Of a stretch of 64,000 bases of DNA, positions 40,497 to 49,945 are shown piece by piece. Positions within the stretch are counted from its first letter, which is position 1. Each line of letters opens with the position of its first letter. Source of the stretch: an uncultured Sangeribacter sp. (lineage in GTDB: Bacteria; Bacteroidota; Bacteroidia; Bacteroidales; Muribaculaceae); assembly GCA_964409015.1 (NCBI GenBank), contig CAYPBS010000001.1:73007-137006 (forward strand), read 5' to 3'. Below the pieces are notes generated by a model. It saw only the letters and a program-made list of their open reading frames with translations. It was not told the DNA's origin and made no database searches. The position numbers and the translations under genes were made by a program.

Positions 40497-41333
40497 TTAT
40501 GCCGGACGTTGGTTAAGAAGCTCCGGATTCTTAAGGACAGCCTCAAAAAGAATCTCAAGATTGACCTCCGTATCCGCATCATCTGTATTGGGAGCAACGT
40601 AGTCGACCCCCGATAGCGACGGAAGGGCATACAGAGCATCTGCCGGAGCCTCGGAGGCACCGCTCACAAACAGCAGTCTCTCCTGAAGGCTGACGATTGA
40701 TTCATTGAGGAGGAATCTGCGCTCGTTCATGATCAGCACCCGATCCAGTATGGTGTCGAGATCCCTCACCTGATGAGTGGAGATAAGAAACAGTCTATCG
40801 TCCGTTGCAAGACGGGCCACGAGTCGCCTGAAAGCCGCCTTACCCGGAATATCAAGTCCATTCGTCGGCTCATCGAGAAGCACCACTGGTGTATTGCAGG
40901 CAAAGGCAAAGCTAAGCAGTATCTTCTTCTTCTGGCCCATGGAAAGTGCATCGAGTCTGCCCGGTTCGAACATATCGAATTCCTTAAGCGACATCTGCAT
41001 TATATCATTATCGAATCCGGGATAGAACTTCGAGTAAAGCTCCACGTAACTCTTCAAGGACATACGCGGAAGAGCCGCTTCCTCGGCCACAAGATATATG
41101 CTCGAGAGAACATCCGGACGGCGCAGACGTGTGTTAGTGCCTCTGTATGTCACTTCCCCCTTTGTGGGAGTCAGAGCCCCGGCAATAAGATAGAGCAGTG
41201 TTGACTTGCCGGCTCCGTTGGGTCCCAGTAATCCCACTACGCCCCCGGTGTCAAACGTCAGGTTAACATCCTGAAGCACTTCCGGTCGGCGACGGGTGTA
41301 CCTGAAAGAAAGATTCTCTGTTTTCAATTCCAT
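40497..41333 (-). CDS. ABC transporter ATP-binding protein
   Basis: GPNGAGKS, LSMGQ, LLDEP, STH. Confidence 0.93.
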   Translation of the reverse strand: MELKTENLSFRYTRRRPEVLQDVNLTFDTGGVVGLLGPNGAGKSTLLYLIAGALTPTKGEVTYRGTNTRLRRPDVLSSIYLVAEEAALPRMSLKSYVELYSKFYPGFDNDIMQMSLKEFDMFEPGRLDALSMGQKKKILLSFAFACNTPVVLLDEPTNGLDIPGKAAFRRLVARLATDDRLFLISTHQVRDLDTILDRVLIMNERRFLLNESIVSLQERLLFVSGASEAPADALYALPSLSGVDYVAPNTDDADTEVNLEILFEAVLKNPELLNQRPA

Positions 41334-41346
41334 AATATCTGTATTA

Positions 41347-41401
41347 GTGTATTAGTGTCTTAGTACACCGCAAAGGTAGACACTATTTTTTATCTACCAA
41401 A
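41347..41401 (-). promoter_or_regulatory. Promoter plus YtrA-type operator
   Basis: TTTG-N19-TACCTTTG (41371-41401); palindrome GTGTATTA-N6-TAGTACAC (41347-41368). Confidence 0.65.
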
Positions 41402-41533
41402 ATATTTTTCAAAAAATTTTTTCAAGTCATATCAGGCATAGTCATAATCAACATCGATTTTCCCCGGCTTGCCATGAAAATAGAGAACCATATTGGCAAC
41501 TTACCGGCTTTTTTCGTTACCTTTGCGCTTACT

Positions 41534-42562
41534 ATGCGACATCCCATTACTAAAAAAAGCCTCTTCTTGATTTCCCTTACTTTTTTAACACTGCTCTGCA
41601 GCTGTGGCAAGAATGAGTTTACCGTGAGTGGAGCACTCAAGGGTATCGGGGAGCGCAATCTAACCATCACATACACAGCATACAGCAACAAACACGACGA
41701 ACTGGTGACAACCCGCGTACCGTGTAACGGCGACAACTTCTCTCTGCTCTGCGCCACACGCCATCCCACCATCGTATGGATAATGGCCTCCGACGGCAAG
41801 ACTCTCCACGCACTCTACGCCGAAAAAGGGGATAAAATCCGTATTACAGGACCGTACGACAACCCCTTGGAGTGGAAAATCTCCGGCAACGAGGTCTCCG
41901 GACGCTACTCCACATGGATGGCAAAAAATGTCGCGATCCTTTCGGCCGACGACCCCGAGAAAGTCAATTCCGCAATAGCCCGATACGTTGCTGACAATCC
42001 TAAGGATAGAGCCTCCGCCCTGATGCTCCTCACGCTCTATCATCGCAACTCCGACGAAGCCGGTTTCAATAAACTCTGGCAGAGCCTTGACATACCTGAT
42101 AAGGAAAAAGAACGGCTCCTGCATGTAGCCATCGCGCAGCTCGATGACGCGCAGAACCGTGCTTCAAGCCTTACAATCACCCCTATCACTCTCCGTTGCA
42201 AACCGGATTCCTCATCCACAATAAATCCTGCTTCAGCACGGGCAACCATACTTTATTTCTGGAGAAGATCCGACGGCCCGCATAAAGGGACCCTGAGAAT
42301 CTTGGCATCACAACCCGAAGATGTTCAGATTGCCGACATTTACCTCGACCCCGACACGGTACAATGGCGATACATGACTCAAAACGACACCTTCTCGCGT
42401 CGAAATGCAATGTGGGCCTTCGGCGGAGAAATGAACCTGAGTCTCAGGCGGCTCGCCATACCCTCCGACCCTTTCATAATCGTTGCAGACCGGAAAGGGC
42501 GACAGGTATATCGAGGCATCTCTCCATCCGATGCATCCTCCGCCGCCGCCAAAATCCGTTAA
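41534..42562 (+). CDS. DUF4369-type lipoprotein with degenerate thioredoxin-like domain
   Basis: Lipobox LCSC; 'EFTVSG'; 'ILYFWRRSD' in place of the FWAxWCxxC motif. Confidence 0.65.
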   Translation: MRHPITKKSLFLISLTFLTLLCSCGKNEFTVSGALKGIGERNLTITYTAYSNKHDELVTTRVPCNGDNFSLLCATRHPTIVWIMASDGKTLHALYAEKGDKIRITGPYDNPLEWKISGNEVSGRYSTWMAKNVAILSADDPEKVNSAIARYVADNPKDRASALMLLTLYHRNSDEAGFNKLWQSLDIPDKEKERLLHVAIAQLDDAQNRASSLTITPITLRCKPDSSSTINPASARATILYFWRRSDGPHKGTLRILASQPEDVQIADIYLDPDTVQWRYMTQNDTFSRRNAMWAFGGEMNLSLRRLAIPSDPFIIVADRKGRQVYRGISPSDASSAAAKIR

Positions 42563-42577
42563 AACAACCCTCCCGAC

Positions 42578-44122
42578 ATGTTAGCTAAGATATACTCCGC
42601 AGCCGTCCACGGCATCGACGCCCTCCCGGTGACCGTTGAGGCGCTTGCAGACAAAGGAACCAACTTCACCATCGTAGGACTCCCCGACACTGCCGTAAAG
42701 GAGAGCTACCAACGTATCCTCTCCGCACTGCAACAGAGCGGACTCATTTTCCCTCACTGCCGACTCGTCATAAACCTCTCCCCGGCAGACGTAAAGAAAG
42801 AAGGCGCTGCCTTCGACCTCCCTATCGCTTTAGGTATCCTTGCTGCTAACGAAAACATTAAGGCTTCAGACATGGACACCTGCATGGTCACAGGAGAACT
42901 GAGTCTCGACGGCTCGATACTTCCCGTCAAAGGTGTGCTACCGATGGCTATCAAAGCACGCGAGATGGGCTATAAAAGAATGATCCTCCCGGAAGCGAAC
43001 GCCACAGAAGCAGCCGTAGTAAACAACCTCGAGATCTACGGTATGAAAAATCTCGCACAGACAGTCGCATTCCTCAACGGAATCGTGACCGTTCCCCCCA
43101 CAGTAGTCGACACACGGGAGCAATTCCGTATTGCCTCAGGCCACTTCGACATCGACTTCTCCGAGGTAAAAGGGCAGTGGGCTGTCAAGAGAGCCTTGGA
43201 AGTAGCATGTGCCGGAGCCCATAACATCCTTCTCATTGGAAGTCCCGGAAGCGGAAAGTCAATGATGGCCAAACGCATACCCTCCATCCTCCCCCCGCTC
43301 AGTCTTGCCGAAGCTCTCGAGACAACTAAAATCCACTCCGTTGCCGGCAAACTCGGAAGAGGTTCGATGCTGATGACCTCCCGCCCCTTCAGGGCTCCTC
43401 ACCACACCGTCTCGCCGGTGGCACTTGTCGGAGGTGGATCCTCTCCCCAACCCGGAGAAATAAGCCTCTCTCACAACGGCGTACTCTTCCTCGATGAATT
43501 TCCCGAATTCCCGCGCACTGTACTCGAAGTGCTTCGGCAACCCGTTGAAGACCGCGTCATTACAGTCTCAAGGGCAAAATATACTGTAGACTACCCCGCC
43601 GGATTCATGCTCGTAGCCAGCATGAATCCCTGCCCCTGCGGATGGCACGGACACCCCAAAAAAAAATGCACATGCATGCCCGGAGCCGTAGACAAATACA
43701 TGAACCGTATTTCCGGCCCCCTGCTTGACCGCATAGACCTCCAGATAGAAATAGCACCGGTGGAATTTGACGAAATGGCTGACACCATTCCCGCCGAAAG
43801 CAGCGCAGCCATACGTGCCCGGGTTGTGGACGCTCGCAATATTCAGCTCCACAGGTTTGCCTCAGAGCCAAACATCTTCTCCAACGCCCAGATGAATTCC
43901 CGACAGATCCGGCAATACGCTTGGCCCGACGAAGAAGGACTCCGCAGACTTAAGAACGCAATGGAACGCCACTCCATGTCCGCTCGAGCCTTTGACCGCA
44001 TACTGAAAGTCGCGCGAACCATCGCCGACCTCGACCACAGCGAAAACGTACAATCCTCACACATCGCCGAAGCCATCGGATACCGGAACCTCGACCGAGC
44101 CGCCTACGCTTCACCCATCTGA
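42578..44122 (+). CDS. comM: YifB/ComM family Mg-chelatase-like AAA+ ATPase
   Basis: VGLPD, FDLPIA, GSPGSGKS, PFRAPHH, LFLDEFPEF, MNPCPCG, SGPLLDRID. Confidence 0.92.
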   Translation: MLAKIYSAAVHGIDALPVTVEALADKGTNFTIVGLPDTAVKESYQRILSALQQSGLIFPHCRLVINLSPADVKKEGAAFDLPIALGILAANENIKASDMDTCMVTGELSLDGSILPVKGVLPMAIKAREMGYKRMILPEANATEAAVVNNLEIYGMKNLAQTVAFLNGIVTVPPTVVDTREQFRIASGHFDIDFSEVKGQWAVKRALEVACAGAHNILLIGSPGSGKSMMAKRIPSILPPLSLAEALETTKIHSVAGKLGRGSMLMTSRPFRAPHHTVSPVALVGGGSSPQPGEISLSHNGVLFLDEFPEFPRTVLEVLRQPVEDRVITVSRAKYTVDYPAGFMLVASMNPCPCGWHGHPKKKCTCMPGAVDKYMNRISGPLLDRIDLQIEIAPVEFDEMADTIPAESSAAIRARVVDARNIQLHRFASEPNIFSNAQMNSRQIRQYAWPDEEGLRRLKNAMERHSMSARAFDRILKVARTIADLDHSENVQSSHIAEAIGYRNLDRAAYASPI

Positions 44123-44150
44123 CAATCCCCCTCAATATCGTTCAGGACTC

Positions 44151-45620
44151 TCAAAAGTGCATGAGTAGTGTCACCGCCGAACTGATTATAAGTACCGCAA
44201 GAAGGAGGCTCTCCCAATGGGTCAGATACGGAACCTCTGAATCCGAGGCACGCCGTTGCTCTCGCCGGGCCTTCACAAACAGTCCCACCCCAAAGAGATA
44301 AAACAGAGAGCTCCCGAAAAAAAGATCCAGTCCTCCGGCATATATCATCCAGAGACAGTAGACCGTACACGCTATTCCCGTTATCCTGAATCTTCGAAGC
44401 TTCCCCCGACAGGGATTTCCGAGCATCTTCGGTTTCAGGGTAGCCTTCCATAAGAACGCACCGCTGAGAAGATACGCCGGAAGAATCATCATCCCGGTGA
44501 TACTCAGCGCCGTCAGATACACATCTTCCGCACACGCCACCACGAAAAGAAAAGCCTGCATGATGATGCTCGACACAAAAAGTCCCGAAGTTGGGATTCC
44601 GTGTCCATTCTCATTCAGGAACCGACGCGGAAAAATGCCCACCGAAGCTGCCTTGTAAGGAACCTGCGCACACACAATCGTCCATGCTATCCATCCCCCG
44701 AGCAGCGAGATGATTACAGACACAATCACTAGATAATACGCCCAGTCCCCGCATATTGACCTGAGCAGATAGGCCGCCGAAGGATTCTCAAGTCCGGCCA
44801 GCTGGCTCCTCGACATGATTCCGTAGCATAACACCGACACAAGCACATACAGTATCCATGCTATGAAGAATCCCGTCACTCCCGCCCGTCCTATGTCCCG
44901 CGAGCGACGCGCACGTCCCGACATCATGACTGCACCCTCGATACCGATGAAACACCATAGGGTCACGAGCATCGTACTCTCTATCTGATCCATGAAACTC
45001 CCGCACCCCGAATCCCTGCAGAACACGTCTGTCGTGAGCATCCCGACCTTGACATTTGCGGCTATCAGAGCTATTATCAACAGGATTACGCTGATCTTCA
45101 GACACGACATCACATTGTTGACGATCTTAACAGTCCGGATTCCACGCCCAACAAGATAATAGATAATCCAGATAAACAGACTTCCGAACACCACCAGCCC
45201 CTTACTGTTGCCGAGAAGAGGAGGAAAAAACGCAGCGAAACTCTCGTAAAGCATCACCGAATAAGCCACATTGGCGAATGAAGCACACAGCCAGTAACCC
45301 CATGCCACATTGAACCCCACATAATTTCCCCAGCCCTCACGGGCATACTCATAGATTCCCGCATCCAGATCCGGACGCCGATCCGCCAATGTCTTGAACG
45401 TTGCAACAAGCAGCAGCATCCCCGCAGCCGTCACAACCCACGCCAAGCCCACTGCTCCCAGACCCGCCCCGGAAGCCATGTTCTGAGGCAGATTGAAGAT
45501 CCCGGCTCCTACCATCATGCCGAAAACCATCGCAGTCAGCCCCCAGAACCCTATAAGCGTTCTGCCGCCCGTGCCGGTGCCGGTGACGCAAACCCCTCTC
45601 TCTTTCTTCATAATCTTCAC
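44151..45620 (-). CDS. Basic amino acid/polyamine antiporter (APC family, ArcD-like)
   Basis: GAGIFNLPQNMA, GIYEYAREG, LWCFIGIEGA. Confidence 0.88.
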   Translation of the reverse strand: MKIMKKERGVCVTGTGTGGRTLIGFWGLTAMVFGMMVGAGIFNLPQNMASGAGLGAVGLAWVVTAAGMLLLVATFKTLADRRPDLDAGIYEYAREGWGNYVGFNVAWGYWLCASFANVAYSVMLYESFAAFFPPLLGNSKGLVVFGSLFIWIIYYLVGRGIRTVKIVNNVMSCLKISVILLIIALIAANVKVGMLTTDVFCRDSGCGSFMDQIESTMLVTLWCFIGIEGAVMMSGRARRSRDIGRAGVTGFFIAWILYVLVSVLCYGIMSRSQLAGLENPSAAYLLRSICGDWAYYLVIVSVIISLLGGWIAWTIVCAQVPYKAASVGIFPRRFLNENGHGIPTSGLFVSSIIMQAFLFVVACAEDVYLTALSITGMMILPAYLLSGAFLWKATLKPKMLGNPCRGKLRRFRITGIACTVYCLWMIYAGGLDLFFGSSLFYLFGVGLFVKARREQRRASDSEVPYLTHWESLLLAVLIISSAVTLLMHF

Positions 45621-45738
45621 TCTTATATTCCGCCGACTCCTCGTCGTAAGAAATTTTAGGCCACAAAATTATATGAAAATCTCGATTTTTTCATATAATT
45701 TTGCCGAAAAATCACCCCGGCTTAATCCCACACATAAG

Positions 45739-46962
45739 ATGAAGAAATATCAGGTAGCCATCTGGCTCGGAGCCTTAGCTGTCGGAGTCGGTATCGGATT
45801 GCTCCATATCCCGGCAGTAGACTCCGTCATGACATTCCTCGCCACCATATTCACCCGACTTTTCAAACTGCTGGCTGTCCCCACGATCGTCCTTGCTGTC
45901 ATCACGACCCTCGCCTCGCTGGGCAACAGCCGTGAGATGGGACGCATGTTCCGCACCGCTCTCACATACACCCTCCTCACCACTACCGCTGCCGCTGTGG
46001 TCGGACTGATTTACTACCTCATTATTGCACCCGGCAACCTCCCCCCCGCTGCCATTGGAGCCGAAAAAGCAGTCTCCGACGGCACCACACTCTCCTACAC
46101 AGACCATCTCATCTCAGTTGTCCCTGACAACATACTCCAGCCACTCCTCGACGGAAACGTCCTCGCGCTCCTGCTGCTCTGTTTCGCCGTGGGTATCGCA
46201 ATATCCAAAATGCCCGATGGCCGATATAAAAACGCACTCACGATCGGTCTTAACAGCCTTCAGGAACTCCTCTTCATACTCATCCGCTGGCTTATCGCGA
46301 TTCTCCCTATCGGAATCGTAGCCTTTGCCGCGCAGCTCGTGGCCGAAGTCGGAGGGGGAGTAATGGCCGACTCACTCGGTAAATACGTCCTCGTCATCAT
46401 TGCCGGAAACTGCACACAATTCCTCATCGTACTCCCACTCTTCCTTCTCGCCTGCCGCATCAACCCCCTCAGGACTCTGCGAGCAATGTCGCAAGCGGTC
46501 ATAATGGCCTTTTTCACCAAAAGCTCCGCAGCGACTCTACCCCTCACAATGGAGTGTGCCGAAAACCGCGTCGGTGTCCAACGCAAAGTATCTCGCTTCG
46601 TACTCCCAATCTGCACCACCATCAACATGAACGGATGCGCCGCCTTTATACTGGTCACATCCCTCTTCGTCATGCAGAACAACGGAATGGCCATAAGCCT
46701 CCCCACAATGATTCTCTGGATATTCATCTCGGTCCTCTCGGCATTCGGCAACGCCGGAGTACCCATGGGATGCTACTTCCTCACCCTTTCCCTCATGTCC
46801 GGAATAGGAGCCAACGTCTCGTTGATGGGCATCATCCTCCCCATATACACAATCATCGACATGGTGGAGACCGCCGAAAACGTATGGTCAGACTCCTGCG
46901 TATGCGTCATAACAGACAGAATCCTGAAACGCAGACAAAACCGCGAAAAACAAAAAGCCTGA
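45739..46962 (+). CDS. Dicarboxylate/amino acid:cation symporter (DAACS)
   Basis: TKSSAATLP, TTINMNG, GNAGVP. Confidence 0.9.
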   Translation: MKKYQVAIWLGALAVGVGIGLLHIPAVDSVMTFLATIFTRLFKLLAVPTIVLAVITTLASLGNSREMGRMFRTALTYTLLTTTAAAVVGLIYYLIIAPGNLPPAAIGAEKAVSDGTTLSYTDHLISVVPDNILQPLLDGNVLALLLLCFAVGIAISKMPDGRYKNALTIGLNSLQELLFILIRWLIAILPIGIVAFAAQLVAEVGGGVMADSLGKYVLVIIAGNCTQFLIVLPLFLLACRINPLRTLRAMSQAVIMAFFTKSSAATLPLTMECAENRVGVQRKVSRFVLPICTTINMNGCAAFILVTSLFVMQNNGMAISLPTMILWIFISVLSAFGNAGVPMGCYFLTLSLMSGIGANVSLMGIILPIYTIIDMVETAENVWSDSCVCVITDRILKRRQNREKQKA

Positions 46963-46990
46963 CATAAATAAAAAAATAAACGACACAACT

Positions 46991-47530
46991 ATGATCGACG
47001 AAATCCTACGCCACAACCGCCAATTTGTAGAAGAAAAAAAATACGAACGCTTCCTCACCTCCAAATACCCCGACAAGAAAATAGCCATCGTCACATGCAT
47101 GGACACCCGACTCGTCGAGCTCCTTCCCGCAGCACTCGGACTGCGCAACGGCGATGTCAAAATAATCAAGAACGCCGGAGGAGTAATCACCAACCCCTTT
47201 GACTCCACAATGCGATCCCTGCTCATAGCAGTCTACGAACTTGGAGTCAACGAAATAATGGTCATAGGCCATACCGGCTGTGGCGTCCAAGGAATGAACG
47301 CAGCAGAAATGCTCCACATCATGAAAGAACGCGGAATCCCCGAAACCAACATCTCACTCATGCGCCACTGCGGCATAGACCTCGACAAATGGCTCCACGG
47401 CTTCGACGAAGTAACGCAATCCGTCACCGAAACAGTCGACCTCATACGCCATCACCCCCTCATGACCACCGACATCCGCGTAGCCGGCTACGTCATCGAC
47501 TCCACAACCGGCGAACTCTCCCCAATCTGA
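46991..47530 (+). CDS. Beta-class carbonic anhydrase
   Basis: CMDTR, KNAGG, HTGCG zinc motifs. Confidence 0.9.
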   Translation: MIDEILRHNRQFVEEKKYERFLTSKYPDKKIAIVTCMDTRLVELLPAALGLRNGDVKIIKNAGGVITNPFDSTMRSLLIAVYELGVNEIMVIGHTGCGVQGMNAAEMLHIMKERGIPETNISLMRHCGIDLDKWLHGFDEVTQSVTETVDLIRHHPLMTTDIRVAGYVIDSTTGELSPI

Positions 47531-48065
47531 CCCGCAGCGCGGCGTCGGATTTCCCGATAAACCCTCCACCCAACCATAACGACCCACGTAACACCGTCGC
47601 AACTCCCAACATCCGCCCACCCATGGGCGGATTCTTGTGATTGGCCATAATTGGCCAATTTTCCCTCCCCCGACGAAGCACCCTAACGTAGGGCTGCTTC
47701 CATGGTGCAGCCTGCTACGCACGATGGTGAGACCCGCGTAGCGCGGTCGTATCGGCGCCCGAAAGGCGACGATATACACATAGCCTATGATAAGCGAAGC
47801 GCCCTAACGTATGGCTGCCTCCGCTACACACGTTGCAGAGACCCGCGTAGCGCGGTCGTATCGGCGCCCGAAAGGCGACGATACACGCATAGCCTATGGT
47901 AAGCGAAGCGCCACCATAGGTAACGCCACCGACAATAACAACGACCCGCAGCGCGGCGTCGGATTTCCAAACGACAACTCCACCCTCACACCGTCGCAAC
48001 TCCCAACATCCGCCCACCCTTGGGCGCATTCTTGTGATTGGCCATAATTGGCCAATTTTCCCTCC
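47529..48065. repeat. Mosaic REP/BIME-like cluster, A-B-B-A arrangement
   Basis: A units 47529-47668 and 47943-48065; B units ~47681-47803 and ~47802-47912; internal hairpins. Confidence 0.8.
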
Positions 48066-48089
48066 TCCGAAGAACCGAAAAAACGCGAA

Positions 48090-48125
48090 CGGGGGCGCAT
48101 CCGACTTAAATCCGATGCGCCCCCG
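48090..48125 (-). terminator. Terminator of the DNA-utilisation operon
   Basis: cgggggcgcatc...gatgcgcccccg, with a plus-strand A-tract to its left. Confidence 0.65.
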
Positions 48126-48143
48126 CTCAATGACAACCTGTCG

Positions 48144-49850
48144 CTACCTCACCGGCACAATTACCGGATGACGCGCTTGATCCGTAACGACTACATAAAT
48201 ACCTGATCGCAACGGGAACACCTCCCCGCCACTCACCTCCGCACTATAGACGAGAAGCTTTCCGCTCATATCATAAATCTTAAGACCTGTATGCCGCGAA
48301 GACAACGAGATACGCAAACCTCCCTCCACAGCATACGCCGAAAGCGGCTGAACGGCATCGACGGAACCCACCGACCCCTCGGCCACCATAATCATGTTGG
48401 ACTCAGGCGATTCAAAACCAAGTCGCACACTCTTCACGGTGTAACTCTCCGCCACACCCGGATCCCGCCCGTCGATCTCAAGCTGATTCTCCTCAGCCAC
48501 AAGACGCGACGTCTCTTTTCCGCTGGAAAGATACCTTTCCCGTGTCACGACATAATAATCCACGACCTCACCTTCCGGAGGTAGATTCCAGTGAGCCACA
48601 TAAGAATTATCCGATATATCTGTAGCATTCGTTGCAACAGGAGCGCTCAGCTCCGGAACGGGGAAAGCTTGCCCGTGGATAGAAACATTGAATGTCGTCC
48701 CGTCCGGGAATCCTCCGTCGTAAAGAGTGAGAGCGGCCGTATGCTCACCCACAGAGGTCGGTAAATACTTTATCGACAGCTTATACCCCGAATCGGAATT
48801 AATATCCTTCGCCGGAATCTGATTCCCCGTGACGCCCTGAAGGGAGAACATCGAACGGTCCGCTCCCGTGATGCGCACCGATAGGGCCGACTTAAGGTTA
48901 GTGCCGTTCACCAGCAACTCGACAACCTGATCCTTGCCGACCGCCACCTCTCCGAAATCTAGCGACGAACCGTCGATCGGAGCGAACAGCTTCGGATCGC
49001 CGGTCACGGGTGGCGTCACCGAGCCCCCCTGATCTTTCAGATAGAACACCTCCGAGGTCCGGCTTCCCCAGATATATTCGGCAAGCTCCGGAAAATCTAT
49101 ATACGGGTTCCTGTTCCCCTGAATGAGGTACACAGCCTCGTTGCGGTCAATCTCCTTCTGGCTCACCGGGTCCCGCCGGGCCCAGTCGAGCAGCAGATCG
49201 TATGCCCACGGCTTTAGCGTCGGATAAGCGCCGTTCTGAACCATGTAGGTGTACTTCCATGTGAGATCCTGATAGCACGTGACTACATAGAAATAAGTGC
49301 GTGCGAAATCACCCTTATATTCGTCCGCCGGCTCGAACACCTTGGAGGCACCTCCACCTTGGCCTTCGTAAGCATAACCCACACGCGATACTCCGTTGTC
49401 GAAATCTGCCGTCCGCACCTCTCCGAGAGGATAATTGCTTTTGGCCATGTTGGCCGCACTCTCTGAAGGGTACAGATGATACAGATCCGTATAGGCATCA
49501 TTCTGGTCTCCTCCCCACCACGACTTGGGGAAGGAATGTTCCCGGTTCATGCCCGTCCAGCCGTTGCGCACGAGGAATATCATGTCGGAGTACATCTCCC
49601 ACCATCTTTGGTAGCCGTTGTAAAGCTCCGGATAAACGTCCGTCCGGGGAAACTGCTGCGGAAAAAGAGAGTTGTACGTGACGACCGTATGCGGACGTAT
49701 GATATCGTGAGCCGCAGTCTTCAGTTGCTCCCGGCGCTTGCCGTCCATGCGCTGATAGTACCCCTCAGGAATCGCAGCATCGGCAGATGGCGTGATTCCT
49801 GACACCACATACAACACTACGGCGGCGAGCCCAATATTTAATCTTCCCAT
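48144..49850 (-). CDS. Secreted endonuclease I family DNase with Ig/FN3-like domains and T9SS-type CTD
   Basis: MNREHSFPKSWW, DLYHLYPS, FEPADEYKGDFAR, QGNRNPYIDFPEL; CTD 'IYDMSGKL...GIYVV'. Confidence 0.88.
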   Translation of the reverse strand: MGRLNIGLAAVVLYVVSGITPSADAAIPEGYYQRMDGKRREQLKTAAHDIIRPHTVVTYNSLFPQQFPRTDVYPELYNGYQRWWEMYSDMIFLVRNGWTGMNREHSFPKSWWGGDQNDAYTDLYHLYPSESAANMAKSNYPLGEVRTADFDNGVSRVGYAYEGQGGGASKVFEPADEYKGDFARTYFYVVTCYQDLTWKYTYMVQNGAYPTLKPWAYDLLLDWARRDPVSQKEIDRNEAVYLIQGNRNPYIDFPELAEYIWGSRTSEVFYLKDQGGSVTPPVTGDPKLFAPIDGSSLDFGEVAVGKDQVVELLVNGTNLKSALSVRITGADRSMFSLQGVTGNQIPAKDINSDSGYKLSIKYLPTSVGEHTAALTLYDGGFPDGTTFNVSIHGQAFPVPELSAPVATNATDISDNSYVAHWNLPPEGEVVDYYVVTRERYLSSGKETSRLVAEENQLEIDGRDPGVAESYTVKSVRLGFESPESNMIMVAEGSVGSVDAVQPLSAYAVEGGLRISLSSRHTGLKIYDMSGKLLVYSAEVSGGEVFPLRSGIYVVVTDQARHPVIVPVR

Positions 49851-49945
49851 TGTATTCTTAAATAGCTCAGGCGGGGAAGACGCTCCCGGAGCACTCCCCT
49901 GCCTGATTTGTTGGTTTTTTATCTTTCAGAGTCGAGGAATGTATC

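Noticed and set aside
42500-47530. Strong C-over-G excess on the plus strand
   Set aside because: Consistent with ordinary replication strand skew acting on third codon positions; genes are ordinary
47529-48065. CRISPR array
   Set aside because: Only two copies of each long unit, no regular repeat-spacer period, no cas genes
47354-48136. Short ORFs over the repeat cluster, and 11473-11676 sharing 'ENWPIMA'
   Set aside because: Peptide similarity is a by-product of the DNA repeats; no coding signals
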